Part shown: in pieces, positions 36,620 through 48,780 of the stretch
Layout of the letters: the number at the start of each line of letters is the position of its first letter
Numbering within the stretch: the stretch's first letter is position 1
NCBI RefSeq assembly: GCF_963921235.1
Contig: NC_086098.1
Location: 104,408,001-104,472,000 of the forward strand
Length of the DNA: 64,000 nt
Direction of reading: 5' to 3'
Origin: Mobula hypostoma
Taxonomy: Eukaryota
Notes under the pieces: model-generated
Seen by the model: the letters and a program-made list of their open reading frames with translations, nothing else
Told to the model about the DNA's origin: nothing
The model's database searches: none
Position numbers and translations under genes: made by a program

Positions 36620-39600
36620 AGCTAAGGATTTCCAGAGCGAAGGCATTTTACTACTCGGGGTAAAGACAGGCAAGAATGCACAGGTGTGTAACATCAGCCA
36701 GTAGAGCGTGAAATGTTTAAAAAGGCGACCACCATATCCAGCAGGCAGCGGAGAGAGAGGGTAGTAGAGTGATAGGGCTTTGGCTCAGCGGGCTCAGACA
36801 GTAACAGGACAAGGCAAGGTAGGTTTACCTGTGTTAATTGCGGAAAGGATGAGTATGTGTATGAGGCCGGTGTTGTGTTCAGTGTCAGATGTGGGAAGCC
36901 CTAGAGGCTCCTAGCCTCCCGGACTGCCATATCTGCACCCAGTGTGTTGAACTGCAGCTCCTAGGCGACCGCATTAGGGAACTGGAGTTGCAGCACGATG
37001 ACTTTCGTCTGGTCAGGGAGAGCGAGGAGATGATAGAAAGGAGTTAAAGGCAGCTGGTCACACCAGGGCCATGGGAGACAGACAACTGGGTTACAATCAG
37101 GAGAGGGAAGGGGAAGAGTCAGGTAGTAGAGAGTACCCCTGTGGCTGTACCCCTGGACAATAAGTACTCCTGTTTGAGAACTGTTGGGGGGGACAGCCTA
37201 CCTGGGGGAAGCAGCAACGGCAGTGCCTCTGGCACAGAGTCCGGCCCTGTGGCTCAGAAGGGTAGGGAAAGGAAGAGAAAGGCAGTAGCGATAGGGGATT
37301 CTACAGTTAGGGGGTCAGACAGGCGAATTTGTGGACGCAGGAAAGAAACTCAGATGGTAGTTTGCCTCCCAGGTGCCAGGGTCCGGGATGTTTCAGATCG
37401 CGTCCAAGATATCCTGCAGCAGGAGGGAGAACAGCCAGAGGTCGTGGTACATATTGGTACCAATGACATAGGTAGGAAAAGGGAAGAGGTCCTGAAAACA
37501 GATGACAGGAAGTTAGGAAGGAAGTTGAGAAACAGGACCACAAGGGTAGTAATCTCAGGATTACTGCCTCTGCCACGCGACAGTGAGTATAGGAATAGAA
37601 TGAGGTAGAGGATAAATGCGTGGCTGAGGGATTGGAGCTTTTGGGGCAGGTGTGACCTGTACAAAAAGGATGGATTGCACTTGAATCCCAGGGGGACCAA
37701 TATCCTGGCGGGGAGGAAACTGGGGAGAGTTTAAACTAGAATTGTTGAGGGGTGGGAACTGAACTGAAGAGATTGGGAAAGAGGGAAAGAGGCGGTTGGC
37801 TCACAAAGAGGGAAAGCTTGGAGACAGTGTGTGAGGGAGGATAGGCAGCTGATAGAGAAGGGACGCGCTAAGACTGACCGTTTGAGATGTGTCTATTTTA
37901 ATGCAAAGAGTATTGTGAACAAGGCAGATGAACTTAAGAGTGCGGATGAGTACTTGGAGCTATCATGTGGTGGCCATTACAGAGACTTGGATGGCTCAGG
38001 GACAGGAATGGCTACTTCAAGTGTCAGTTTTAGATGTTTCAGAAAGGACAAGGAGGGAGGCAACAGAGGAGGGGGCATGGCACTGTTAATCAGAGATAGA
38101 GTCACAACTGTAGAAAAGGTGGAAGTCATGGAGAGATTGTCTAGAGTCTCTGTGGGTGGAAGTTAGGAACAGGAAGGGGTCAATAACTCTACTGGGTGTT
38201 TTTTATAGGCCCCCCAATAGTAACAGGGATATCGAGGAGCAGATAGGGGAACAGATCCTGGAAAGGTGTAATAATAACAGAGTTGTCGTGGTGGGAGATT
38301 TTAATTTCCCAAATATCAATTGGCATCTCCCTACAGCAAGGAGTTTAGATGGGGTGGAGTTTGTTAGACGTGTTCAGGAAGGTTTCTTGACACAGTATGT
38401 AGATAAGCCTACAAGAGGAGAGACCGTACTTGATTTGGTACTGGGAAATGAACCCGGTCAGGTGTCAGATCTCTTAGTGGGAGAGCATTTTAGAGATAGT
38501 GGTCATAATTCTATCTCCTTTACAATAGCATTGGAGAGAGATAGGAACAGACAAGTTAGAAAAGCTTTTAATTGGAGTAAGGGGAATTAAGAGGCTACCA
38601 GGTAGGAACTTGGAACCATAAATTGGGAACAGATGTTCTCAGGGAAAGGTACAGAAGAAATGTGGCAAATATTCAGGGGATATTTGTGTGGAGTTCTGCA
38701 TGGGTACGTTCCAATGAGTCAGGAAAGTGATGGTAGGGTTCAGGAACCGTGGTGTACAAAAGCTGTAGTAAATCTAGTCAAGAAGAAAAGAAAAGGTTAT
38801 GAAAGGTTCAGAGAGCTAGGTAATGTTAGAGATCTGGAAGATTATAAGGCTAACAGAAAGGAGCTTAAGAAGGAAATTAGGAGAGCCAGAAGGGGCCATG
38901 AGAAGGCCTTGCTGGGCAGGATTAAGGAAAACCCCAAGGCATTCAACAGGTATGTGAAGAGCAAGAGGATAAGACGTAAAAGAATAGGACCTATCAAGTG
39001 TGACAGTGGGAAAGTGTGTATGGAACCAGAGGAAATAGCAAAGGTACTTAATGAATACTTAAGTATTCACCATGGAAAAGGATTTTGGTGATTGTAGTGA
39101 CGACTTGCAGCTGACTGAAGAGCATGTAGATACTAAGAAAAGAGGATGTGCTTGAGCATTTGGAAAGCATCAAGTTGGATAAGTCGCCGGAACCAGATGA
39201 GATGTACCCCAGGCTACTGTGGGAGGTGAGGGAGGAGATTGCTGAGCCTCTGGCGATGATCTCTGCATCATCAATAGGGACGGGAGAGGTTCCGGAGGAT
39301 TGGAGGGTTGCAGATATTGTTCCCTTATTCAAGAAATGGCGTAGAGATGGCCCAGGAAATTAGAGACCAGCGAGTCTTACTTCAGTGGTTGATAAGTTGA
39401 TGGAGAAGATCCTGAGAGACAGGATTTAAGAAGATTTGGAGAGGTATAATATGATTAGGAATAGTCAGCATGGCTTTGTCAAGGGCAGGTCGTGCCTTAC
39501 AAGCCTGATTGAATTTTTTGAGGATGTGACTAAACACATTGATGAAGGAAGAGCAGTAGATGTAGTGTATATGGATTTCAGCAAAGCATTTGATAAGGTA

Positions 39601-40743
39601 CCCCATGCAAGGCTTATTGAGAAAGTAAGGAGGCATGGGATCCAAGAGGACATTGCTTTGTGGATCCAGAACTGACTTGCCCACAGAAGGCAAAGAGTGG
39701 TTGTAGACAGGTCATACTCTGCATGGAGGTTGGTGACCAGTGGTGTGCCTCAGGGATCTGTTCTAGGACCCATACTCTTTGGGATTTTTATAAATGAGCT
39801 GGATGAGGAAGTGGAGGGATGGGTTAGTAAGTTTGCTGATGACACAAAGGTTGGGGGTGTTGTGGATCGTGTGGAGGACTGTCAGAGGTTACAGTGGGAC
39901 ATTGACAGGATGCAAAACTGGGCTGAGAAGTGGCAGATGGAGTTCAACCCAGATAAGCGTGAAGTGGTTCATTTTGGTAGGTCAAATATGATGGCAGAGT
40001 ATAGTATTAATGGTAAGACTCTTGGCAGTGTGGAGGATCAGAGGGCTCTTGGGGTCCCAGTCCATAGGACGCTCAAAGCAGCTGCGCAGGTTGACTCTGT
40101 GGTTAAGAAGGCATACGGTGTATTGGCCCTCATCACTCGTGGGATTGAGTTTAGGAGCCGAGAGGTAATGTTGCAGCTATATAGGACCCTGGTCAGACCC
40201 CACTTGGAGTACTGTGCTCAGCTCTGGTCGCCTCACTATAGAAAGGATGTGGAAACCACAGAAAGGGTGCAGAGGAGATTTACAAGGATGTTGCCTGGAT
40301 TGGGGAGCATGCCTTATGAAAACAGGTTGAGTGAACTCGGTCTTTTCTCCTTGGAGCGATGGAAGATGAGAGGTGACCTGACAGAGGTGTATAAGCTGAT
40401 GAGAGGCATTGATCGTGTGGATAGTCAGAGGCTTTTTCCCAGGGTTGAAATGGCTGCCACAAGAGGGCACAGGTTTAAGGTGCTGGGGAGTAGGTACAGA
40501 GGAGATGTCAAGGATAAGTTTTCTTTTTTACGCAGAGAGTGGAGAGCGCATGGAATGGGCTGCCGAGAACAGTGGTGGAGGTGGATACGATAGGGTCTTT
40601 TAAGAAACTTTTGGATAGGTACATGGAGCTTAGGAAAATAGAGGGCTATGCGTAACCCTAGTAATTTCTAAGGTATGTTCAGCACAACTTTGTGGGACGA
40701 AGGGCCTGTATTGTTCTGTAGGTTTTCTATGTCTATGTTTCTA
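36620..40743 (+). mobile_element. Near full-length CR1 LINE with zinc-finger/SGNH-esterase ORF1 and APE-RT ORF2, inactivated
   Basis: ORF1 motifs GDS, PGARVRDV, HIGTND and DGLHLN. ORF2 motifs YRPP, GDFNFP, QHGFVKGRSC, GVPQGSVLGP and KFADD. Several stops and frameshifts. (TTCTATG)n tail at 40720-40743. Confidence 0.92.
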
Positions 40744-40877
40744 AATTTGCAAATCAGTCAAGCTGGTCCGGAGAAATGTACCAATATTCCACATTCCAAA
40801 TTTCACTTTTCAAGATAACCTTTGATGATGAAATACCGGGCATTTTTAATAAATATTTTCATCCCCCGTGCTAATCA

Positions 40878-41087
<210 letters not shown>

Positions 41088-41114
41088 TTATCAAATGAAT
41101 TTGCGTTGAAATTA

Positions 41115-41336
<222 letters not shown>

Positions 41337-44300
41337 TTAGAAATAATTAAATTCCTGGCTTCACAAACAATAGAAGACAGCTTATTCATGATCAATTTCC
41401 ACTTCCTTTGCATTACTTTACAGTTCAGAAGCCAGAACCATACCTCTTTTGTGGAACTGCTGAGTCATATACACAAACATCATATGCATAATTATCCTCT
41501 CAGCTCAAGAAGCAACCCAAGCAAAGATCTTTTCTTTGCTCATTTGACTGCACTCTAAATTTGGTTAAATAGATTAGCAGTTATCACTATTGTCATGAAT
41601 CCTCTTTGCAACAGAACAAAATCTGTATTATCGCAGAAATAGTTCCGTAGAACATGCATGCTCAAACATTTATGGCATCATAATATTAACTCTCAGCTCC
41701 ATCACTGCTTCTCATGAATATGTAACAAACAGATATAAGGCTTCCTGGGAAACATTAAACAAAAATAACCCAGATCTTTTATTTTTAACCCTTCTACACC
41801 TTTGGTGCAATTTATAACTTTTTTTACTTGAGGAGTTTAGCACTTACTTGCGCTCCTTTGTTAAGTATCAACTGTAGTAACTGAACTATTGCGTGTGATT
41901 TTACTTAGAGTGACAACAGCAACAAAACTTTATAAGATTATCTAATTCATCAATATTGCAAATATGGATGACCTGATAAATAGTCAAAAGGCCCCTAAAA
42001 TATTTTCGTTGCTCCACTTGAATGAATGGAACCCGTTTTCACATTAGATGGAAAACAGGTCAATGGTAGGGTTAAACTGACTCCTGCTAAGACTCCCAAG
42101 ACCTAGCACTCCAACAGACCTAACAGGTTTGATGGTCTGGTCTTTATCTACATAGTCCTGCAATGCAGCTTGCAGAAGATACCAGTCTCAAGGAATACAC
42201 AGATATCTTAGGATTGAACACTTCAGCCATTTCACTGCAAGGCCAAGCAAAAGCTTCAATTTTAGAAGCAGTTAGCATTCAGTAACATTGTGGCTGAAAT
42301 AAACTCAACTTCCCATTCCCATTTAACCAAGTAACCCTTCATCCTTCTCATCAAGAATCTATTCTTCCACTCAATAATGTTCCATCACCCTTTAAAAGCA
42401 AAGGAGTTGCAAAGATTCAGTTGAACTCCTAAGTGATCCCTTATTTTTAAACACTGACTTCCTGGTTTTGAGCTCTCCCACGTGGAAACACCTCTTCATT
42501 TCCATCCTGTCAGGACCCGTCAGAATCTCAGGAACCTATAATCATGGGTTCATATGGACTACTGTTTATTTTCCATCTAAACCTACCAGTGTTTGTTACT
42601 TCAGTCTATAGCAATTAACAATGCTAAAGCATGCATACCCCTGTTGAACCAGGCAGTGGAGGTGGGGATCCAGTCACCAACTAACAGGGAAGATTTCAAC
42701 GTGTAAAGCTCAGATCAAAACTGAAGCTATGTATATCAGGAAAGGGACTGTGTACTACAATCTGGATGGTTACCTTTTTGTTTCTGTTCATGTTAATTAT
42801 CCAGTTCAAATTGACTGCTTCACTACACCCTGCTACTCAATAACTTAACAGATGGAAAAAAAACAACTGGTTACTCTGGCAAGGACTCCCAAAATCTATT
42901 TCCAAATCTTTTCCAAGGAAGGAGATCCTTTGCAACACCTACAGAGTCTAAAAACGATTACAGTGCTACAAAACCAGGGAAGGAAAAACAAAGGGCAATT
43001 ACTTTCAGTCAGGTGTTGGAACAACACACACAAAATCTAGCAGGCCGTATGCAGAGTTTGGAAGAGTTTCAGATTTGGAAGACGAAAAATAGTTTCATTT
43101 CAGCATGGTGTTTAGACACGACATTTTCCTGAAAACAATCTTTTAAAAATACCCAGCTAATGTTTTCCCAGACTAGCAGTAAGTCAAATAATACAAAATA
43201 GCTAAGAGAAAAAAATCCACAATTTGCACCCACTTTGACACTGTCTTGCTTGACTATCAAGCAAGTGAATATATAATTACACAGTAGCAGAGGAGACCAT
43301 TTAGCCCTTTGAGCCTGTTACACTTTTCAATAAGATCACAGCTATTCCAAATCTAAAAAATAAACAACTAAATCAAATCATGAATTGACACAGAAGTCAC
43401 AAATTAGGACATTACATTGAAAACAACAAATGAAATTATCAGTATATGTTTTCCCATTAAATGTTGATATAAAATGGAGTATACATCATCTGAAGATGAT
43501 GTTGAATCATTACACCGAAGGCAGAATTGATTTGGGTAAACAGCTTAAATAGGAAAAATATTAACAGTGGTATATAAGAATATAAGCCTAAATGGGGAGT
43601 TCATAGAAACAGACTTCATTTATACTTAACTTACAATTATTCTAAAATGCATTTATCTAAACATGTCTTGTGCTGGTTACATAGCATATTCTGAGATTTT
43701 ATTCATTAAAAAGAACCTTAATGCATAATTAGGAAAATGTTTTATGATTTTTGTGGTGCATTTTTTTTTATATTCTGTACTTAGCCCAAGGTAAAATGAT
43801 TTTATATCTTGGCTGTATCAGCACATCTCAGGTGCTTTCCTCCAAATATATTGTTAATGAAATATCTTCAATGCACTTTTTTTTAAAATGTAAAAGCAAA
43901 AATATTTGAGTGTTGTTTCTGTAAAAATTAGCTTTAAAATTAGCAAATAAAGCAATTCATTTATTTTCCAAGCAAGGCAGTGAATTGATGAGCATGCAGC
44001 TCCCACTGATAGCTTTATGACATTTAAAAAACTCATTATAGTTTATTAACTCCAGCAATGAATATTAGATCACTAGTCGGCATAAAAGATATTATGTTCT
44101 TTACAAATAGTTATACATTTGTGATTAATTAAATATCTTTTTAAACATCATTCCGCTGCTCAATCAATGAATCCTGAAAATATTAAGTCTCCCAAATTTT
44201 GTAAGAATTACTTGCACAGCAAGATGGATCTCCAGAACATAGTAGGCCATCTGGAGCTGTCACCTCTCAAGATATACTGGCGGTCAGTAAACTGACACAA

Positions 44301-47300
44301 AATTGACTAAAAATGATTTCCTACTGGCAATCAAGAGCAAGTGATACGTGTTTGCTACAACGAGGCACAACCAAGTGGTGATTTACCAGCACTTGGCGCA
44401 AAGAAAAAGACTTCAATATATATTTTTAGAAAAATCAGACTAACACCCCATCATAATTTAAAGTTGTAAGATGCACAAACCATCTGCACAAGAGATGAAA
44501 CTTAGACAACCATGTGCCAAAAGAATTAATAGGGAACTCCATTTTCTCCCTTTTCCACACAGGATTCAGACAGTGGTACTACCACAATAAAAATCTAGGG
44601 CCATAGATATGTTGCATCTTTGAGGAATGTTTATGACTGTACACCATCTAGAATGTCAGAATTTTATGCTTATCTTGCAAAACTGATATCGAAAGTGTGA
44701 ACTGCAAGGAAGCTTTTTGTGATTAATTTCTTAGTAGATGTCCAAGAGGTGACTGCACAAATTTATAATACTTATAAATTAAACTAAGGGAGTGTGACAG
44801 GAAATCACAGGTCAAAGACAAGTAGAAAGACAAACTTCAGATTGATATCTGGTTCCTTGACTGAGTTTGGAGAGAGAATTGCAATGTCACTTCAGAAACT
44901 GACAGAAATATGGCCAAAGGGATAGCAATTTTCCCACATTTCCAAGTCAAATTAAAAATAATGTAGGAATAGCCGCCAAATTATGAGAGAAAATATCTTT
45001 TATTTCTTATAAATGATTGTGTCAATTTTACACCAGTAAAAATATGACAAATGTTAAGAGTTAAGTGAAGTTATTCTACATTGAGCAAAAATACTATTTC
45101 TAACAGCTTTTAGCTGACCTTAGAAATACCTTGTTATAGGATGTTTTTAAAACCAATTTGTCCATCCATGTCATTTGTTTCAATTCTTCTAAAACCTTTG
45201 GAAAGTTGATGACTCATAGGTAGGTTATGCAGGGGAAATATTTTGAAATTTCCCTAAAGTATTATAAATTCCTATCCAAAAACATTTTGGAAGTTTGCAA
45301 TATTGCTGTCAAATAGAACAGCTATGTAGAAACTGTCAAAAGTTCAACAATCAACCAAATGAAGGAATAAACATTTCATGAATTATTCCATGCAATTTCT
45401 GCATCGATGTCAACAAAAGTTAAACAAAATTAGCAAATAGCAAAAATTATGCTTATTATAACTGGGCCACATTGAATTGTCTGAGCATTATTAATAACTG
45501 TAAATTTACTGTTTACTCTACCTCCTTCAACTACTATGTTACTAAAGTAATTTAGTTTCACAATTCTGTAAAATTATGCAAAGTGATTTGGTACAGAGGT
45601 TAAATCAGTTTAGAAATTTGCAAATAATTACTTTAGATACAACAAAAATTTCAAAGCATTTTGCTTCATTAAAAGTGACTACCATCAAAAAATTAAAAGA
45701 ATTAATATTTCACAGGTATAGGCAAACTCAATTACTCTCTTTCGAAAATATTATCAATTTGTAAGATACATAAATTTCATCCTATTAAACATTTACATCT
45801 GAAACTTATTTTCCAAATTATAACAAAATGAAACTAGCCAGGAGAAAAACAATTACAAATTATTGTAATTTTTGGTATAAATTTGATCATTCATCTCATT
45901 ACGATTATATGTGGTTCCAAATTACTGCATAAATTCAAAAAAAAGGAATAATTAATAAATTATCACTAAAATTACTTCACGACCCTCTCTAAATTTAGAT
46001 AAAATCACAAACATGTAGGTTATGACTCTATAGTAGCAATGAACATACAGACCACTATCCACAAATCTAAAAATTTGTATTTTGTTTAAACAACTGTAAA
46101 TCAACTGTTTTCCCAAGCTCTTCTCATAGATCTAGTTAAAAAAAGTTTTCCTGTTTGCAAACCAAATTTTATCAAGGGAAAAATATATTAAAGTCTTGTA
46201 GGTTCACAAAAAAAAGAAAAAAATCAGCAGAAATTGTTAGGTATTGAGTAGTAAGTCTGCTCTAGTAGCATAGTGACAGGAACCTTTGTTAAACATGTTT
46301 TCAATATACACTGCTCCAAATTCTGACTTGTGCACTACTCTAACTAATATTCATAAATAATTGCGCGGATGTTTGTAGTATTCCACTTTATTGCAATTTA
46401 TAAAATAAACATTCTACAATTGATCAAGGTGCAACTGTGGAACTAGATACTGAATTTCAAAAAAAATCAGGATTAGATTTTTGTTTTGAAAATACTGAAG
46501 ATTTTTTACCACTGAATTAGCAATATGTGGAAACAGTCTTCCAAAAACTGAACTAACTTCAATAACTGGCAACAAAATCATTTATATGCTTCTAGTAAAA
46601 GAAAATCAATGGTTTTTGAAACTTGGTGAGCTGCAGTAACTTTGTAAGAACTAAGTAGCTCAAAGTTCCGTGGTCAGATTTCCATTTTGCTGCAGAATGA
46701 CTCTTGTTCCTCTTTCCCAGTCAAGCTGTACTGCTTGCCATTTCATATTAAGGACCCATTAAAAATTTGCTCATCTGTTCACATGCTCAGATCTGCAAAG
46801 TTTAGCTTTTACTGGAATATTTTGTGCCAAGAATTTAACAGTTGTTGGTTTACAAATTACACCTTTAAATAAAATATTTATATTCATCTTGAAAACTCCA
46901 ACTGTAAAATTCAGTGCAGACATTCCAATAAAGTCAACAAGCTCCTCCATCCTAGCCATAGTAACAGCTGGTCTCTGAGTGTGATACAAATGTACAAAAT
47001 GATCCATCCATAGTCTAAAACTATTTCACATAACACATCTGATCTTAACTTGGTTTGATTCTTTAATTCTAAAATGAAACATGCCTCCAAACACAGTATT
47101 TCAGTTTGTCTTTTAAGTTGTAGCCCTGCAATTACTTTTAAATAAAACATCACTTTCCTCCTCTTCTCGTATTCAATAATCTCATAGCTTTAAGAAATAA
47201 AATAGCTTACCCACCCGTTTCTACAGAATCAAATGTTGTTTTGATTTGTTTGTGTGCAAATCTATAAATGAACTAGAGAAGCTTTAGACCAATCAGCGTT

Positions 47301-47652
47301 GCCAAGCTGCATTAGTGCTGGGAGTGTAAAGAGTCAAAGCGCCTCCCTTTCTCACTGCTGCCTTCTCACCACAGTGAGCGCTCGCGTCACTCAAGCAGCC
47401 CTGCTCCTGCACAATAATCATGACGTATCTTTATTTCCACTATAGTTTAAACTAAATATTTTTTCTGGTAATCGTAATTTTAACACAAATTTTCAAACTA
47501 ATTCCCAATCACCTCTCACGTATTACTATCTGTTCTTTTTCCTTGCTAAAGCTTTGTTTTGGATGGGGCTAATCGGGTTTTCCTGGTAAAATTTTTGCGG
47601 GAGATTCAATTTTTCCTCTCTGAAAGTTTTCTCTGTGATATGAATCTCTCAC

Positions 47653-47712
47653 CAAATTTTCGTAGGTCCTGGGATGCTCCTTGCCCTTCCAGTCAATTCT
47701 TTTCGGCAGCAG
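47653..47712 (-). CDS. PHIP: PHIP coding exon 4, [20 protein letters not shown]
   Basis: ttttttcttccAG acceptor, 60 nt, GTGAGA donor. Matches [24 protein letters not shown]. Confidence 0.95.
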
Positions 47713-47861
47713 CTGGAAGAAAAAACCCTGGTTACAATCATCAAAATTCGCCCAAAATCCCTGTCTAGCATCTTTTTCTTAAAATATTAAAAGACGATCC
47801 AGTTTTAAATCAGAACCTTAAGTCCTCTGCAGAGTTAGAATGCGAGCTGAATGCAGCCTAC

Positions 47862-47891
47862 CTGCTTCTCCTCCACTTCGCGTATCAGGAC
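47862..47891 (-). CDS. PHIP: PHIP coding exon 3, VLIREVEEKQ
   Basis: ctctttcAG acceptor, 30 nt, GTAGGC donor. VLIREV is PHIP-like (BRWD1/BRWD3 have VLVQEL). Confidence 0.93.
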
Positions 47892-47974
47892 CTGAAAGAG
47901 CATATAAAGCCGTTTATTGTACAGAAAAATCGTCCTCAAAACATTACCGAATTCCAAAATGTAGATTTACTCAC

Positions 47975-48033
47975 CTCGGTCGCCTCCTGACAGGGTCCGG
48001 ATGCCAAAAATCTGGCTATTAGGAAGTACAATT
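47975..48033 (-). CDS. PHIP: PHIP coding exon 2, (E)[19 protein letters not shown]
   Basis: tttcaatAG acceptor, 59 nt, GTGAGT donor. Matches recalled human PHIP [20 protein letters not shown]. Confidence 0.95.
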
Positions 48034-48135
48034 CTATTGAAATAATAAGACAGTGTTCAGTCATCAGATGCCCGATGGTGGATGTAAATTTAGAAATAAC
48101 CCACATAATCCTTCTTGTTTCATGTGTTTACTCAC

Positions 48136-48175
48136 CAGATTCCAATTCATAGATTTGTTTAATATCTGCAGGCAT
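48136..48175 (-). CDS. PHIP: PHIP (BRWD family WD40/bromodomain protein) coding exon 1, MPADIKQIYELES(E)
   Basis: ATG at 48175 in an AAAC-ATG context. 40 nt followed by a GTGAGT donor. Splices in frame to exon 2 to give ...[14 protein letters not shown], the PHIP/BRWD N-terminal motif. Confidence 0.88.
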
Positions 48176-48780
48176 GTTTGGGGGTGATTTTTTAGTGTTA
48201 AACGGTGAGGGAACCGATGTAATCAGCCAGTCTGTGCGTGAGTGTTTACTCTCCAGGAAGAGTCTCCTCCATTCACCCACATAGAGAGAGAGGGGCAAGC
48301 GCCTCCACCAGAGCGGTTCCTTCCGCACCAAAAACAGAGTTCCCAGCAGACAACCTTCAATATTTAACAAAAATGCAAGGAAATCCTACGCCGCTGTCCA
48401 CAGCACCCCCGCCATTACTTGAAAATATCATATTTGGCACTCAGTCCCCGGTGTGCGTTGGGTGTGAAAGGATAAAAGGTTTAGGGTTTTTTTGTGGCGG
48501 CGGTGGTTGTCGATTTTTTTGTGAGCTAGTTCCGGCGGATGGATCTGACGCATGGTTTGGGTTGGGGGTGGTTGGGTGAGGTGACATTACGCTGAGTATC
48601 AGGAATGAGCGCAGCAACAATGTAGCGACGAAGGGGAAGGAAATGTAGCGAGAGAGGGACACACACTCATACGGATCCTGCGCGCCGGAGACCGGCTAGA
48701 GCGCGCATTTAGCCGCCTGCCCGGTTCACTCCAGACCCCAGCACACTAGGCGTCCCTTTCTTTCTATCTCCCTTGATAGC
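48176..48780 (-). promoter_or_regulatory. Putative PHIP 5'UTR and CpG-rich promoter
   Basis: Local rise in GC and CpG (e.g. cctgcgcgccggagaccggctagagcgcgc) directly upstream of the start codon in an otherwise AT-rich region. The TSS cannot be located from sequence alone. Confidence 0.65.
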
